Positions 18,392 through 27,523 of a stretch of 64,000 nucleotides of DNA are shown here, piece after piece. Source of the DNA: a virus. Location: positions 16,000 to 79,999 of IMG/VR virus record IMGVR_UViG_3300029258_003546; one strand, given 5' to 3'. The notes beneath the pieces are model-generated. The model was not told the DNA's origin. It ran no database searches and worked only from the letters and a program-made list of their open reading frames with translations. Numbering within the stretch: position 1 is the stretch's first letter; every line of letters starts with the position of its first letter. Made by a program: the position numbers and the translations under genes.

Positions 18392-20495
18392 CTTTGGCTG
18401 CTATCGAGCGGCCGATTTGGTGTTTCCCGCTGTTGGTGTTATTGGCATTGTCGGACCTAACGGTTCTGGCAAATCGACTATTCTGGAAGCAATACGTTTT
18501 CTCATATCAGGACGGGTATCAGGCACTCTGTCTACTATGGTAACGACAGGAGAATCTGCCGGTAAGGTTTCAGGCGAGATCACTATTACGCTTCCCGGAC
18601 AACAGCCGTTCAATGTGGCGATAACGCGTCCCTTGCAGGGTCGGCATACTGCTAAACTCGCTGGAACGAAGGTAACTGGTGCTAAGGCTGTGACTGAGAA
18701 GCTTCAGGAGCTGCTGGGCGTCTCACCAGTCAGACTGGTCGAGACCAGCTTGCCAGTATTCAGCGCTCAGACTGCTCTGTTGACAGCTGCCCCGGTAGAA
18801 CGCGTAAGCTTGTGGGAGCGGCTGTTAGACTGCGAGAAGTTTCGCGCAGCCAGGGCTTGCGCAGTCAAGCACCTGAAAGCTGCCGCTGTTACAGACTTCT
18901 CAGATGCCATTTCTTCTCTGCGAGCCGGCATTGAGCGGAACGAACAGCAGCATCACGAGCTGGAGGACAAATTTCTGTCGATCAAGCTCGGCCTGGAGGC
19001 TATGCGGCTGGTAGAAAACGATATGAGAGCGATGGTCACGGAAGCACATAAACGAGCATCCAGCAACCGTGAAGCCACTGCTAATGCCGAGGCGATAAGC
19101 CGTTTACAGCGGAAAATAGATGAGCTTGCTCAACGCAAGACGGAAAATCAGAGGAAGCTGGACGACGCTGTTGTTGAGCAGCTACGTTTACGCACCGAGT
19201 GCGAAAGGCTTGGTTTAGAACCGACTGCTACTGCGGCACAGATCCGCACGATCAGGAATTACGCGGCAGAAAAATCAACCTGTCAACGAGAAGTAGAGCG
19301 GCTACAGAAGTCACTAGACAAAACGGCTCAATCGATGGAGAAGCTTGCCGGCTGCAAGGAACAATTGGAGCAGGCGCAGCAGCAACAGCACGCAGCGATG
19401 GCAGAGAAAGAGCTGGCAGATGAAGTGCTGTCGCATATGAGTCAGGACGGAACCTGCTACGTTTGTAAGCAGGATATTTCAGAGCTGAATCTAGCGCAAA
19501 CATACGAAGCTCAGCAGAAGCGAGCTGCGACAATTCTGGACAAGCTGTACGTTGAGCTGATACAGCTGCGGCAGCAGTCTGCTCACCTGGATTCACTGTC
19601 CGGTCGACGCGAGCAGATTGAGAAGGATTTGTCCAAGGCCAGTACCGCCCTTCGAGTTGCGAAGAAGCGTCTGCCTGCTAACGAAGCTACTACACCGCGA
19701 CAGATAGACGGCTTATTGGCCGACATGGATCGCATGCCTGATGCGCAGGCGTGCAGAGATGCTGTAGAAAACATCGAGCGCCAGCTGGCCGAGTTGTGCC
19801 TTGAATTGACAAAGCTGGAGGAGGCTGGTCTGTCTTTTATAACACCCACCAAAGCTCAACTAGAAGCTGAACAGGCGGCAGAAAAGGGTCTGGAAAGGAT
19901 AAGCCAGCTGGAAGGGCAAATGATAGCTACACAGCCGCAGCTGAAGCGCTATGAGAAAGAAGCTTCTGAGCTGCACAGTGATTTAGAGAGGATGACTGCC
20001 AAACAGGAAGGTGTAGAAAGGCAGAAAGCGTTTTATGACCTGCTGCAGGTAGCTGTTGATCTTCTACACCCAAGCAAGCTGCCCAGAAAGTATATGTCTG
20101 CCCGGCTCCACGAGGTAGAAGCTGATATCAATGCTACGCTGCAGAATATGAGCAGCAGATTTTCCGTCTCTATTACCGACGAGTGTGAAATACTAGCTGT
20201 ATTTGAGGACGGGCTCACCAGGTCTACTACCATGATGTCGCCCGGCGAGCTTTTGAGGTTGGCGGTAGCTTTGCGCATAGCTTTACAGCGATGCGTAGTG
20301 CGTAGTGGCATCATGAGTTTCGATGAGCCTACCGCTCATCTAGACGAGAATTCTCGAGACGCTGTGGGCTTGGCTGCAGACGCGTTGAAGGACGGAGTGA
20401 GCCAGGTATTTCTGATCACGCACTATGCGCCGCTGTGCGCCAAGGTTGACCGCCTGATACGTGTTGCGCAGGATCATACGGTTACAGTCTGCTAG
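18360..20495 (+). CDS. SbcC/Rad50-like ATPase
   Basis: GPNGSGKST, coiled coil, Zn hook CYVC, signature MSPGE, FDEPTAHLD, LITH. Confidence 0.9.
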   Translation: MICVNSLKLTNFGCYRAADLVFPAVGVIGIVGPNGSGKSTILEAIRFLISGRVSGTLSTMVTTGESAGKVSGEITITLPGQQPFNVAITRPLQGRHTAKLAGTKVTGAKAVTEKLQELLGVSPVRLVETSLPVFSAQTALLTAAPVERVSLWERLLDCEKFRAARACAVKHLKAAAVTDFSDAISSLRAGIERNEQQHHELEDKFLSIKLGLEAMRLVENDMRAMVTEAHKRASSNREATANAEAISRLQRKIDELAQRKTENQRKLDDAVVEQLRLRTECERLGLEPTATAAQIRTIRNYAAEKSTCQREVERLQKSLDKTAQSMEKLAGCKEQLEQAQQQQHAAMAEKELADEVLSHMSQDGTCYVCKQDISELNLAQTYEAQQKRAATILDKLYVELIQLRQQSAHLDSLSGRREQIEKDLSKASTALRVAKKRLPANEATTPRQIDGLLADMDRMPDAQACRDAVENIERQLAELCLELTKLEEAGLSFITPTKAQLEAEQAAEKGLERISQLEGQMIATQPQLKRYEKEASELHSDLERMTAKQEGVERQKAFYDLLQVAVDLLHPSKLPRKYMSARLHEVEADINATLQNMSSRFSVSITDECEILAVFEDGLTRSTTMMSPGELLRLAVALRIALQRCVVRSGIMSFDEPTAHLDENSRDAVGLAADALKDGVSQVFLITHYAPLCAKVDRLIRVAQDHTVTVC

Positions 20496-20523
20496 AATCG
20501 ACACCTTGCTGAAAGGATCTGTT

Positions 20524-20805
20524 ATGCATGCTGCGCTGCTGCAGAGTAAAAGGCGATACGCGATGTACGGTTCGCAGTACGGAAGCTATTGCAGAAACAG
20601 CCACAGAGCGAGGGCATTCGACAGCTATTGCCGTGTTAAGAATGATCGGCTCATTTGTAAGCGATCGTACATTGCCTCGATGATTTATCGAGATCTGCGC
20701 ATTTCAGCCTCTCTAGCTGTCACTGGTCGTGGTAAATCACTTCGCGGCTCACGAGCAAGGGCGCACGAGATAACGTTTGTCAGCTGTTCGTCGCAAATCT
20801 GCTAG
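20524..20805 (+). CDS. Small Ser/Arg/Tyr-rich family protein
   Basis: MHAALL leader; stop codon lies inside the palindromic motif. Confidence 0.55.
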   Translation: MHAALLQSKRRYAMYGSQYGSYCRNSHRARAFDSYCRVKNDRLICKRSYIASMIYRDLRISASLAVTGRGKSLRGSRARAHEITFVSCSSQIC

Positions 20806-20819
20806 GACTAGCAAATTTG
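20794..20819. promoter_or_regulatory. Palindromic motif copy 2 (caaatcTGCTAG-GA-CTAGCAaatttg)
   Basis: Seen directly. Confidence 0.6.
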
Positions 20820-20838
20820 TGCTCAAGGAGAATGAAGC

Positions 20839-21147
20839 GTGGTAGCCGCTATTTTGACAGCTGCATCATGCGTGCACCATACCGAGCACCATACCTGTTT
20901 TGAGATTTACAGCGGTTGCACTTCGAAGTACAACTTCAGTGTACGTACCAGCCGCGTGTATGCGCGCCTCAACCGTTTCCCTGGAGGTTTGATGCCTTTC
21001 AACAGATCTAGAGTCCATATGCCGCATCGAACCTCAAGTTACAGGACGAGTATACGATCTGTGGCAGGGTACGCATCAAACAAACGCGCTATACTTTCCC
21101 ACACCGCGCAGATGTTCGCGTCTATAAGCGAAAAAGGAAAGGAATAG
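20839..21147 (+). CDS. Small Ser/Arg/His-rich family protein
   Basis: MVAAIL leader; SD aaggag. Confidence 0.55.
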   Translation: MVAAILTAASCVHHTEHHTCFEIYSGCTSKYNFSVRTSRVYARLNRFPGGLMPFNRSRVHMPHRTSSYRTSIRSVAGYASNKRAILSHTAQMFASISEKGKE

Positions 21148-21161
21148 GCAGATGAAAACGT

Positions 21162-22595
21162 ATGAAATCAGGACACCTCAAATTGCGAATAACACTGACG
21201 TTGCAGGAAAATTTGTTGCTCATCGAACCGGTGGTGGATACGCTGAAAAGCGAACTATCAGGCTGGCGACGTATTTATCCTGAAAGCTCGTTTTTCCGCG
21301 GCGGCAAACCCGTCAATTGCCGAGAAACGTTTTATCGTATTGTAGGCAATCGGATGTGCACATACGGCGGATTTGCGCATCGTGTGTATAAATGCCTGTC
21401 CAAGGAAGGTCACCAAGTACGCGTAGTAGATACCAGGAAGTCGCTAGGGACGCCCAATCTGAAAAAGCTGGGATCTCTCAGGGAGACCCAGGACAAAATC
21501 ATAGCAGCAGCCGTAGCTTTTGGAGGAGGAATCGTATCTGCTCCTACAGCCTACGGCAAGAGCCGGCTGATAGTGGAGATAGCATCTCTATGGAACGTGC
21601 CTATACTCGTCATTGCGCCATCGATACCGGTTGTCGAGACCATATACTCCAGATTGTTGGAACGCTTCGCTGACGTAGGCATAGTTACCGGCAGCCGCGC
21701 TATCGAGCGGCGCATAACCGTAACGACGCCGATGTCTATGATGAAATGCTCGCTGGCAGACTATCGATTGGGCATATTTGACGAGGTGCATACATCGGCT
21801 GCTCCTGTAACGTGGAACAACCTGACCCATCTGACCAATGCCAGGCTTCTAGGCCTGAGTGCTTCCTGGAACGCACGCAGCGACGGCGCTACCCGCGCTA
21901 TCGAAGCGCTGTTCGGACCGTTGATCTACCGGATGACGTACAAGCAGGCAGTAAAGGCCGGGCTGATAGCGCCTATTTGTGTGGAATTCATAGAGGTCAG
22001 AGGTACAGTAGATACAGGCCGGTCGTTTACGATAGCCCAGAAAAAGCGGAAGCTTCTGTGGCGAAACGAAACGAGGAACAAAGCTATCGCCAGCCTGGTC
22101 AAGCGGCTGGAGAAAGAGCGCCCCAATCGTCAGATACTGATCATGGCCGCCACCCTGGAACACTGCCTAGAGTTGAGAAAATGGTTGCCTGATTACAAGC
22201 TCAGCTACGCGAATATCAACAACAAGCAGATCAAACGATTTACAAGGGCAGGCTTATGGGATCCCGAGAAAGATACACCACTTGACAGAACTGCGCGTAC
22301 CGCACTGAGAAATGACTTTGAAACTAGAAAGCTAAGAAAAGCTATCTCAACACGCACTTGGGGCCAGGGCGTAGATTTTGTAGAATTAGATACACTGGTA
22401 CGCGTCGATGGCGGTCGATCGAAGATTGATGCCACGCAAATTCCCGGCAGAGTTTCGCGTCTCTGCAGCAGCAAGGAATACGGTGCCGTTTATGATTTCT
22501 GGGACAGCTTTGACGAGACTGCGCTCAACGCATCCATTGCGCGTATGAAGCAGTATCGCAAGCACGGCTGGAAGATCATATTGCCAGAAAGCTAG
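21162..22595 (+). CDS. Superfamily 2 helicase (UvsW/ResIII-like)
   Basis: APTAYGKS, DEVH, LSAS, GQGVDF, QIPGRVSR. Confidence 0.9.
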   Translation: MKSGHLKLRITLTLQENLLLIEPVVDTLKSELSGWRRIYPESSFFRGGKPVNCRETFYRIVGNRMCTYGGFAHRVYKCLSKEGHQVRVVDTRKSLGTPNLKKLGSLRETQDKIIAAAVAFGGGIVSAPTAYGKSRLIVEIASLWNVPILVIAPSIPVVETIYSRLLERFADVGIVTGSRAIERRITVTTPMSMMKCSLADYRLGIFDEVHTSAAPVTWNNLTHLTNARLLGLSASWNARSDGATRAIEALFGPLIYRMTYKQAVKAGLIAPICVEFIEVRGTVDTGRSFTIAQKKRKLLWRNETRNKAIASLVKRLEKERPNRQILIMAATLEHCLELRKWLPDYKLSYANINNKQIKRFTRAGLWDPEKDTPLDRTARTALRNDFETRKLRKAISTRTWGQGVDFVELDTLVRVDGGRSKIDATQIPGRVSRLCSSKEYGAVYDFWDSFDETALNASIARMKQYRKHGWKIILPES

Positions 22596-22596
22596 C

Positions 22597-23133
22597 ATGC
22601 GTAGTCAGAATACCATAGGCAGCTCGCTCCGCAACACGTATGTCAGACTTCGTAGGCAGCAGAAGCCAGGGTACAACATACACCCGAAATTCCGCTACGT
22701 ATGGCCCAGGTTGGCGGATCAAATCAGGCAGAAAGGCGCCGATCCTGTATTGTTCGTAGAGGTTCAGTTCTCGCGGGCCGACGCAGCTCCGTTTCCTAAC
22801 ATGCTGTTGTCGGAGCGCGCATGGGATAACTATGACGAGTACCTGTCGAATCGAACGACTGCGTTGTACATGGCTGACCGCTTGGCCTGGGAATTGAGAG
22901 AATTTTCAGCCAGAACAAAGTTGGTTGGAAGCGCAGTCAAGGCCCTACAGGATGCGAATCTGAATATTACGCCTCTACTGAGATACACCTTGGCTGAGAT
23001 GCTGAATCATTCGGAAATAGCTGATACATGGAAAGATAGCGCTGCTGCATTTGCTCAGAAGTACGTTTTGTACCGGGACGCAGTGGCAGCGTGGAAGGAG
23101 ACGTCTACATGCCGTCAGGGAATGAACTTCTAA
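22597..23133 (+). CDS. Hypothetical protein, replication module
   Basis: 178 aa between the two helicases. Confidence 0.75.
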   Translation: MRSQNTIGSSLRNTYVRLRRQQKPGYNIHPKFRYVWPRLADQIRQKGADPVLFVEVQFSRADAAPFPNMLLSERAWDNYDEYLSNRTTALYMADRLAWELREFSARTKLVGSAVKALQDANLNITPLLRYTLAEMLNHSEIADTWKDSAAAFAQKYVLYRDAVAAWKETSTCRQGMNF

Positions 23134-24455
23134 TAGCCGGTCTCATTTCTGATTTGCAAACGTATAGACGATTCAGGCCTGTGCTAAACGACCCGCGGCT
23201 TCGACTTGCTTTATTCGGGACGCACGACAGACACCTGCTGGCGGCGTTGGATGCGACAAACGAACACGTTGACAAATATGCCAGCTTGCCATCCAGAAAC
23301 GTCTTGGAGTACGAGGCGGCATGGCGCCTACTTCGCACGTCTCCTACGGAGCAGCATGCCAAGCCGGCCATACAGGATTTGTTGCTCTTTACCGATATTC
23401 TGGGATCAACGCATCCAACGTACGCAGGTGACAAACTGATAGAGCGGCTGAAAACCAGGTTAAAAAAGGCTGTAGAATACCACGCAGGCAACGGCAAGAA
23501 TTTCGACCAGGTAGCAGAACTAGTACGAGAATTTCAAGCCAGCCTGTCGATTACAGCATCGGCCGAGCGTAATCCTTTGTCTGATATCACGCTTACAGCA
23601 AAAGCTACTAAACAACCTGTCGGCGTCAAGTACCTGGATGATCTTCTGGGCGGCGTAGCTCCAGGCGACTATATTGTGCTAACAGGTCCTACCGGCGGCG
23701 GCAAGACCCTCTGCAGCGTGGATATTTTCGGATCTGTTGTGCTGTGGCAACAGCATGCGATGTACTTCACATATGAGCAGCCGGTAGAAGGAGATATAGC
23801 TCGCCGCGTTACTGCAAGAATTCTGGAGATCAAGCAGAGCGCTGTTTCAAACGTGTCTAGACAAGGCACCGAGGAGAGCAGACGTTTACAGGAGCGTGCA
23901 GGTCTGCATCAGTATGTTCATATGTATGACATGCAGTTGCCGGAATCCGGGCGTGGCGGTACAAGTGATATTGATCAGTCAATTGAGCGGTTGCGGAAAG
24001 ACGGGATACAACCGCGGGTAGTAATTGTTGACTGGCTCATACCGCTGATGGAAAGGGCCAGTGACGGGCCTAAAACAGACGGCCAGCGTCGTGATTACGC
24101 GTACAGGGTATCCAAGGCGTTGAAGGACATAGCAGTCAGGCACTCGACCTTGGTAATTCTAGTGCATCAGCTAGCTACTCAGGAGTCTCGCAAGAGCCCC
24201 AAATACAAGCCTAGATGGACTGATTCTGCTGAGTTCAAGAACATCAACTGGGTAGCTGATTACTCGTTGGCATTAGGTGTTGTTGACGAGCAGACGGAAT
24301 GTTGTTGGTTAGTATCTAGCAAAGGCAGAAGTTCCAAGCCGTCCTCACGCATTATCAGGCGGAACTGGGACTATGCAAAATTCGATCTGGCTGACGACAT
24401 GCAGGTATCTCTATCCCGCCTGGCTGACACGGCGGCATTTCGTCGTAAACGCTAG
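23091..24455 (+). CDS. DnaB-like replicative helicase (likely start ATG 23109)
   Basis: GVKYLDDLLGG, GPTGGGKT, YFTYEQ, VVIVDW, LVHQL. Confidence 0.85.
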   Translation: MEGDVYMPSGNELLIAGLISDLQTYRRFRPVLNDPRLRLALFGTHDRHLLAALDATNEHVDKYASLPSRNVLEYEAAWRLLRTSPTEQHAKPAIQDLLLFTDILGSTHPTYAGDKLIERLKTRLKKAVEYHAGNGKNFDQVAELVREFQASLSITASAERNPLSDITLTAKATKQPVGVKYLDDLLGGVAPGDYIVLTGPTGGGKTLCSVDIFGSVVLWQQHAMYFTYEQPVEGDIARRVTARILEIKQSAVSNVSRQGTEESRRLQERAGLHQYVHMYDMQLPESGRGGTSDIDQSIERLRKDGIQPRVVIVDWLIPLMERASDGPKTDGQRRDYAYRVSKALKDIAVRHSTLVILVHQLATQESRKSPKYKPRWTDSAEFKNINWVADYSLALGVVDEQTECCWLVSSKGRSSKPSSRIIRRNWDYAKFDLADDMQVSLSRLADTAAFRRKR

Positions 24456-24497
24456 GCGTCATTCACAAATCCAAATTAACAGGAGAAGTACGTACAG

Positions 24498-24863
24498 ATG
24501 GCTGAAACCGAGCATCCGTCGTGCAAGGAACGTATACAAGAGCACATGAAGGCCCGTCTGGACGACCTGGCGACAGCTTTGGACGAGGAGCCTGGTGACG
24601 AAGATTATGATCGTGATGACAATGAAGTGGAACGGCTCAGAGAAAGCGTGCTGTCGATAGCGACAGCGATTCGCGTAGACATTTGTCTGAGCTGGGGCGG
24701 ACCTGAAGACGGCTTTGTGCTGTTCATAGACGATGAAGGTGACGCGATTGAAGGCTACTACTATTTCAAGGACTGGTTCGATGGAGCCCGCGAGTACATG
24801 AACAGCTCTGAAATTGATATGGTAGAGCAGGTATACGGGCCGTTCGACTACTTAGTAGAATAA
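24498..24863 (+). CDS. Acidic hypothetical phage protein
   Basis: LSWGGPEDGF...YYFKDWFDGA; SD aggag. Confidence 0.7.
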   Translation: MAETEHPSCKERIQEHMKARLDDLATALDEEPGDEDYDRDDNEVERLRESVLSIATAIRVDICLSWGGPEDGFVLFIDDEGDAIEGYYYFKDWFDGAREYMNSSEIDMVEQVYGPFDYLVE

Positions 24864-24878
24864 CGGCGGAGATCGCGA

Positions 24879-25103
24879 ATGTTGTTCCGTCTACCATCTG
24901 ATGTAAATTCGAAGAGCCGTGTTTCAGGCTGTTGCAGCGGCTCACAATACAATACAGACCGCTCTATATCGCGTACGTGTGATATGTACGGCTCGATGGA
25001 ATTGTCATTTTCGTATTGCAAATCACAGCACTCGCGTTTCGGTCTATATGTGCGCTCGTATCCAGCTACAAGTTCGATCGGAGTCAGAAGAGAGGATCGA
25101 TAA
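24879..25103 (+). CDS. Small Ser/Arg/Cys-rich family protein
   Basis: Cluster 24879-26217. Confidence 0.55.
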   Translation: MLFRLPSDVNSKSRVSGCCSGSQYNTDRSISRTCDMYGSMELSFSYCKSQHSRFGLYVRSYPATSSIGVRREDR

Positions 25104-25339
25104 TGCTAGTAGTATCACACACGTTGGAAGGCAGTAGAACTGACGAGAGACGATATTCCATATGCTACACAATCGGCAGCAGATCAGTAAACGGATCAGC
25201 CTGTAACCTGTATGCAGATATCTCATGGTGTGTAATAAGCCGTACGCCGAAAAAATGCATTGCGCATTCTACTTGCAAATACGGTACTGACAGGCTGCCT
25301 GGAGTGATGAGAAGCTTAACACGCTGGAGAAATACATGA
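25103..25339 (+). CDS. Small Ser/Arg/Cys-rich family protein
   Basis: TAATG overlap. Confidence 0.55.
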   Translation: MLVVSHTLEGSRTDERRYSICYTIGSRSVNGSACNLYADISWCVISRTPKKCIAHSTCKYGTDRLPGVMRSLTRWRNT

Positions 25340-25620
25340 TTTGTTTGAATCGATTTCATCTGCCTCCGTCTTTCTGGATAACAGGTCGTATAGGAAGAAG
25401 CAGAGACACGGTTAGCCCTGTCAAATCTACATATTCTTCTTTGTGTGAGGGAGAGGAAGGCCGGTACGATATGTCGTACTCCGTTTCAGGCTCTTGTCGG
25501 TACAGTGTGTTATCCCGCAGCAATAAATCGGTGTGGCCTACTCATCCAGCCCCAGTAGGATCGTCAGTGCATAATAGCTACACCAACCTTTGTCGCAAAT
25601 TCGATACAGAGCAGGAGTGA
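25336..25620 (+). CDS. Small Ser/Arg-rich family protein
   Basis: ATGA overlap. Confidence 0.55.
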   Translation: MICLNRFHLPPSFWITGRIGRSRDTVSPVKSTYSSLCEGEEGRYDMSYSVSGSCRYSVLSRSNKSVWPTHPAPVGSSVHNSYTNLCRKFDTEQE

Positions 25621-25624
25621 TACC

Positions 25625-25921
25625 ATGATACTACTGCCGGCGTGCAGTCGAACTTACGATCCGGATCGCGAAATCATACGTGCCAGCGCCGCTACCTGCG
25701 GCATATGGAACTTTACTGATGACCGTATTACAGCTTGTCTATCCTACTGCAGGCACAGAGGTAAATACCTTTACCGGTCTGTGCAACTGTCATCTTTACT
25801 GTTTACGCGAGAGGCCATATACGCTTCTCGCTGTGGGCGTGGCTCTAGAGGGATAGGCGTGCTGTACTCCATGACTCGCGATCAAAGCGGGAGAGTAGAA
25901 TACAGCAGCGGAAGCAGATAG
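25625..25921 (+). CDS. Small Ser/Arg/Tyr-rich family protein
   Basis: SD aggag. Confidence 0.55.
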   Translation: MILLPACSRTYDPDREIIRASAATCGIWNFTDDRITACLSYCRHRGKYLYRSVQLSSLLFTREAIYASRCGRGSRGIGVLYSMTRDQSGRVEYSSGSR

Positions 25922-25971
25922 TCTTCCAGAAGGAAACGTAATGTGATTCTGACGTTCAACAGGAGTCATAA

Positions 25972-26217
25972 ATGCTGATGACGTCTCTGACGTATCCGGA
26001 TATTAGAGCTTCATCGAGAAGCAGGAGCGGACGATGCGTCCGCTCGTTGTCCAGATGCTGCAACGCAGTAGGCGCATCTGTAGTCATGTCGCGCTGTAGA
26101 TACGTGATACTGCTAGAATTGTCACGTTGCGAAAGTAGCATCAGGCGTTTTAGCTCTGTCTGCGCTACCGCTCTCGCCTATGATAGACACTCGTATCAAG
26201 AAAGGAGAAAGATCTGA
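25972..26217 (+). CDS. Small Ser/Arg/Cys-rich family protein
   Basis: SD aggag; SSRSRSG motif. Confidence 0.55.
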   Translation: MLMTSLTYPDIRASSRSRSGRCVRSLSRCCNAVGASVVMSRCRYVILLELSRCESSIRRFSSVCATALAYDRHSYQERRKI

Positions 26218-26259
26218 TATAGTGTTAGCGGCGCACAGAATTTCCAGTAGGAGACTACG

Positions 26260-27264
26260 GTGCTCAATCCTGAACTTTACGCCGCACTGAAACAGACGTT
26301 TGGCGAGGTAAAAATATCCAACGCTAACGCGTCTGCCACATTTTTCCGCGATGTAGCCGGCAAACTGAGAATTACCAAGGGAGGAGAGTATTATACCGTT
26401 TGCTGCCCATACTGTGGTGACAAGCGCTTCAGACTGTGGATTTCGTATCTGTGGGGCTCCAAGCCTGCAGGAAAATTATGCAGGCACGTAGCCGTTTGTT
26501 ACAATCATCGCTGTGATTTGTCAGAGCTTCATCACTATATACGCGGAGCGGGCGCCGCCATTCGACATTTCGAGCCCGTGATCGAAGATACACTGCCTCC
26601 GCCCAGAACACAGGAAATCGATCCACCAGAACATGTACGCCTGGCGGATCTGCACCATGAGCATCCAGCTGTGAAATATATGACTGATAGAGGCTTCACG
26701 ATAGACGATCTTCGACGAGCCGATCTTGGGTACATCATAGACTGCAAGCCCGAATACTTTCCGTATACTAATCGCATTTACATACCTGTTAAGCTGAATA
26801 ACGAGCTGATAGGCTTTCAGGCTAGAGCTGCCAACGACAGTGAGGAGCCGCGGTACAGATCTACAACAGCGCTGACAACCACTCTGTATAATTACGACCG
26901 CGCCGTAGCCCAGGCAGGCGAAGTACTAGTGCTGGTCGAAGGCCCGTTCGATGCGATCAGATTGGGAGACATAGCGGTTGCCACTTTTGGTAAGCATCTG
27001 TCTCAATACCAGCATATGTTACTCGGACCCTGGCGCGAAAAGATGTGCGTTTTGGCGTGGGATCACGATTTCTGGGAAGATCAGAAAAGAGACGGACGCC
27101 CTGTATGGGTACAGGTAGTAGAAGACTTGCTCAGCTGTTTTCGAACGGTTGTGCAGATCGATTTAGGGCCGGAACGTGACCCCGCATCGATGTCGCCTCT
27201 GGATTTCTGGTGTTCAGTCCTAACAAAGGGAGTGGTACATGAGCATTCCGATCATCAGACATAG
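26260..27264 (+). CDS. DNA primase (Zn finger plus Toprim)
   Basis: CPYC...CYNHRC; RIYIP; GFQAR; LVEGPFDA; WDHD; DPA. Confidence 0.85.
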   Translation: MLNPELYAALKQTFGEVKISNANASATFFRDVAGKLRITKGGEYYTVCCPYCGDKRFRLWISYLWGSKPAGKLCRHVAVCYNHRCDLSELHHYIRGAGAAIRHFEPVIEDTLPPPRTQEIDPPEHVRLADLHHEHPAVKYMTDRGFTIDDLRRADLGYIIDCKPEYFPYTNRIYIPVKLNNELIGFQARAANDSEEPRYRSTTALTTTLYNYDRAVAQAGEVLVLVEGPFDAIRLGDIAVATFGKHLSQYQHMLLGPWREKMCVLAWDHDFWEDQKRDGRPVWVQVVEDLLSCFRTVVQIDLGPERDPASMSPLDFWCSVLTKGVVHEHSDHQT

Positions 27265-27523
27265 AACGGATTTGGCTGTGCAGTACAAAGATTTGAATTT
27301 CGTCAGGTGCCGCGGTAGAAACGGCAGCTTTACTCTGAAGAGCATAGAAGCCGAAGATCTAGGACGCGGTATCACGAAGCTATCCTTCTATTCTTCCGCA
27401 AAGGGAAAACAGCCTCCTATTAGATTTACAGCATCGACAAGCGACTTGCTGATAATGCTAGAACAGGCAAGAGCAGAGGTAATCAATGCGCAGCTCGAAG
27501 TGCAGAAGGAGAAACAATCGTGA
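27239..27523 (+). CDS. Hypothetical protein
   Basis: Coupled ORF. Confidence 0.6.
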   Translation: MSIPIIRHRTDLAVQYKDLNFVRCRGRNGSFTLKSIEAEDLGRGITKLSFYSSAKGKQPPIRFTASTSDLLIMLEQARAEVINAQLEVQKEKQS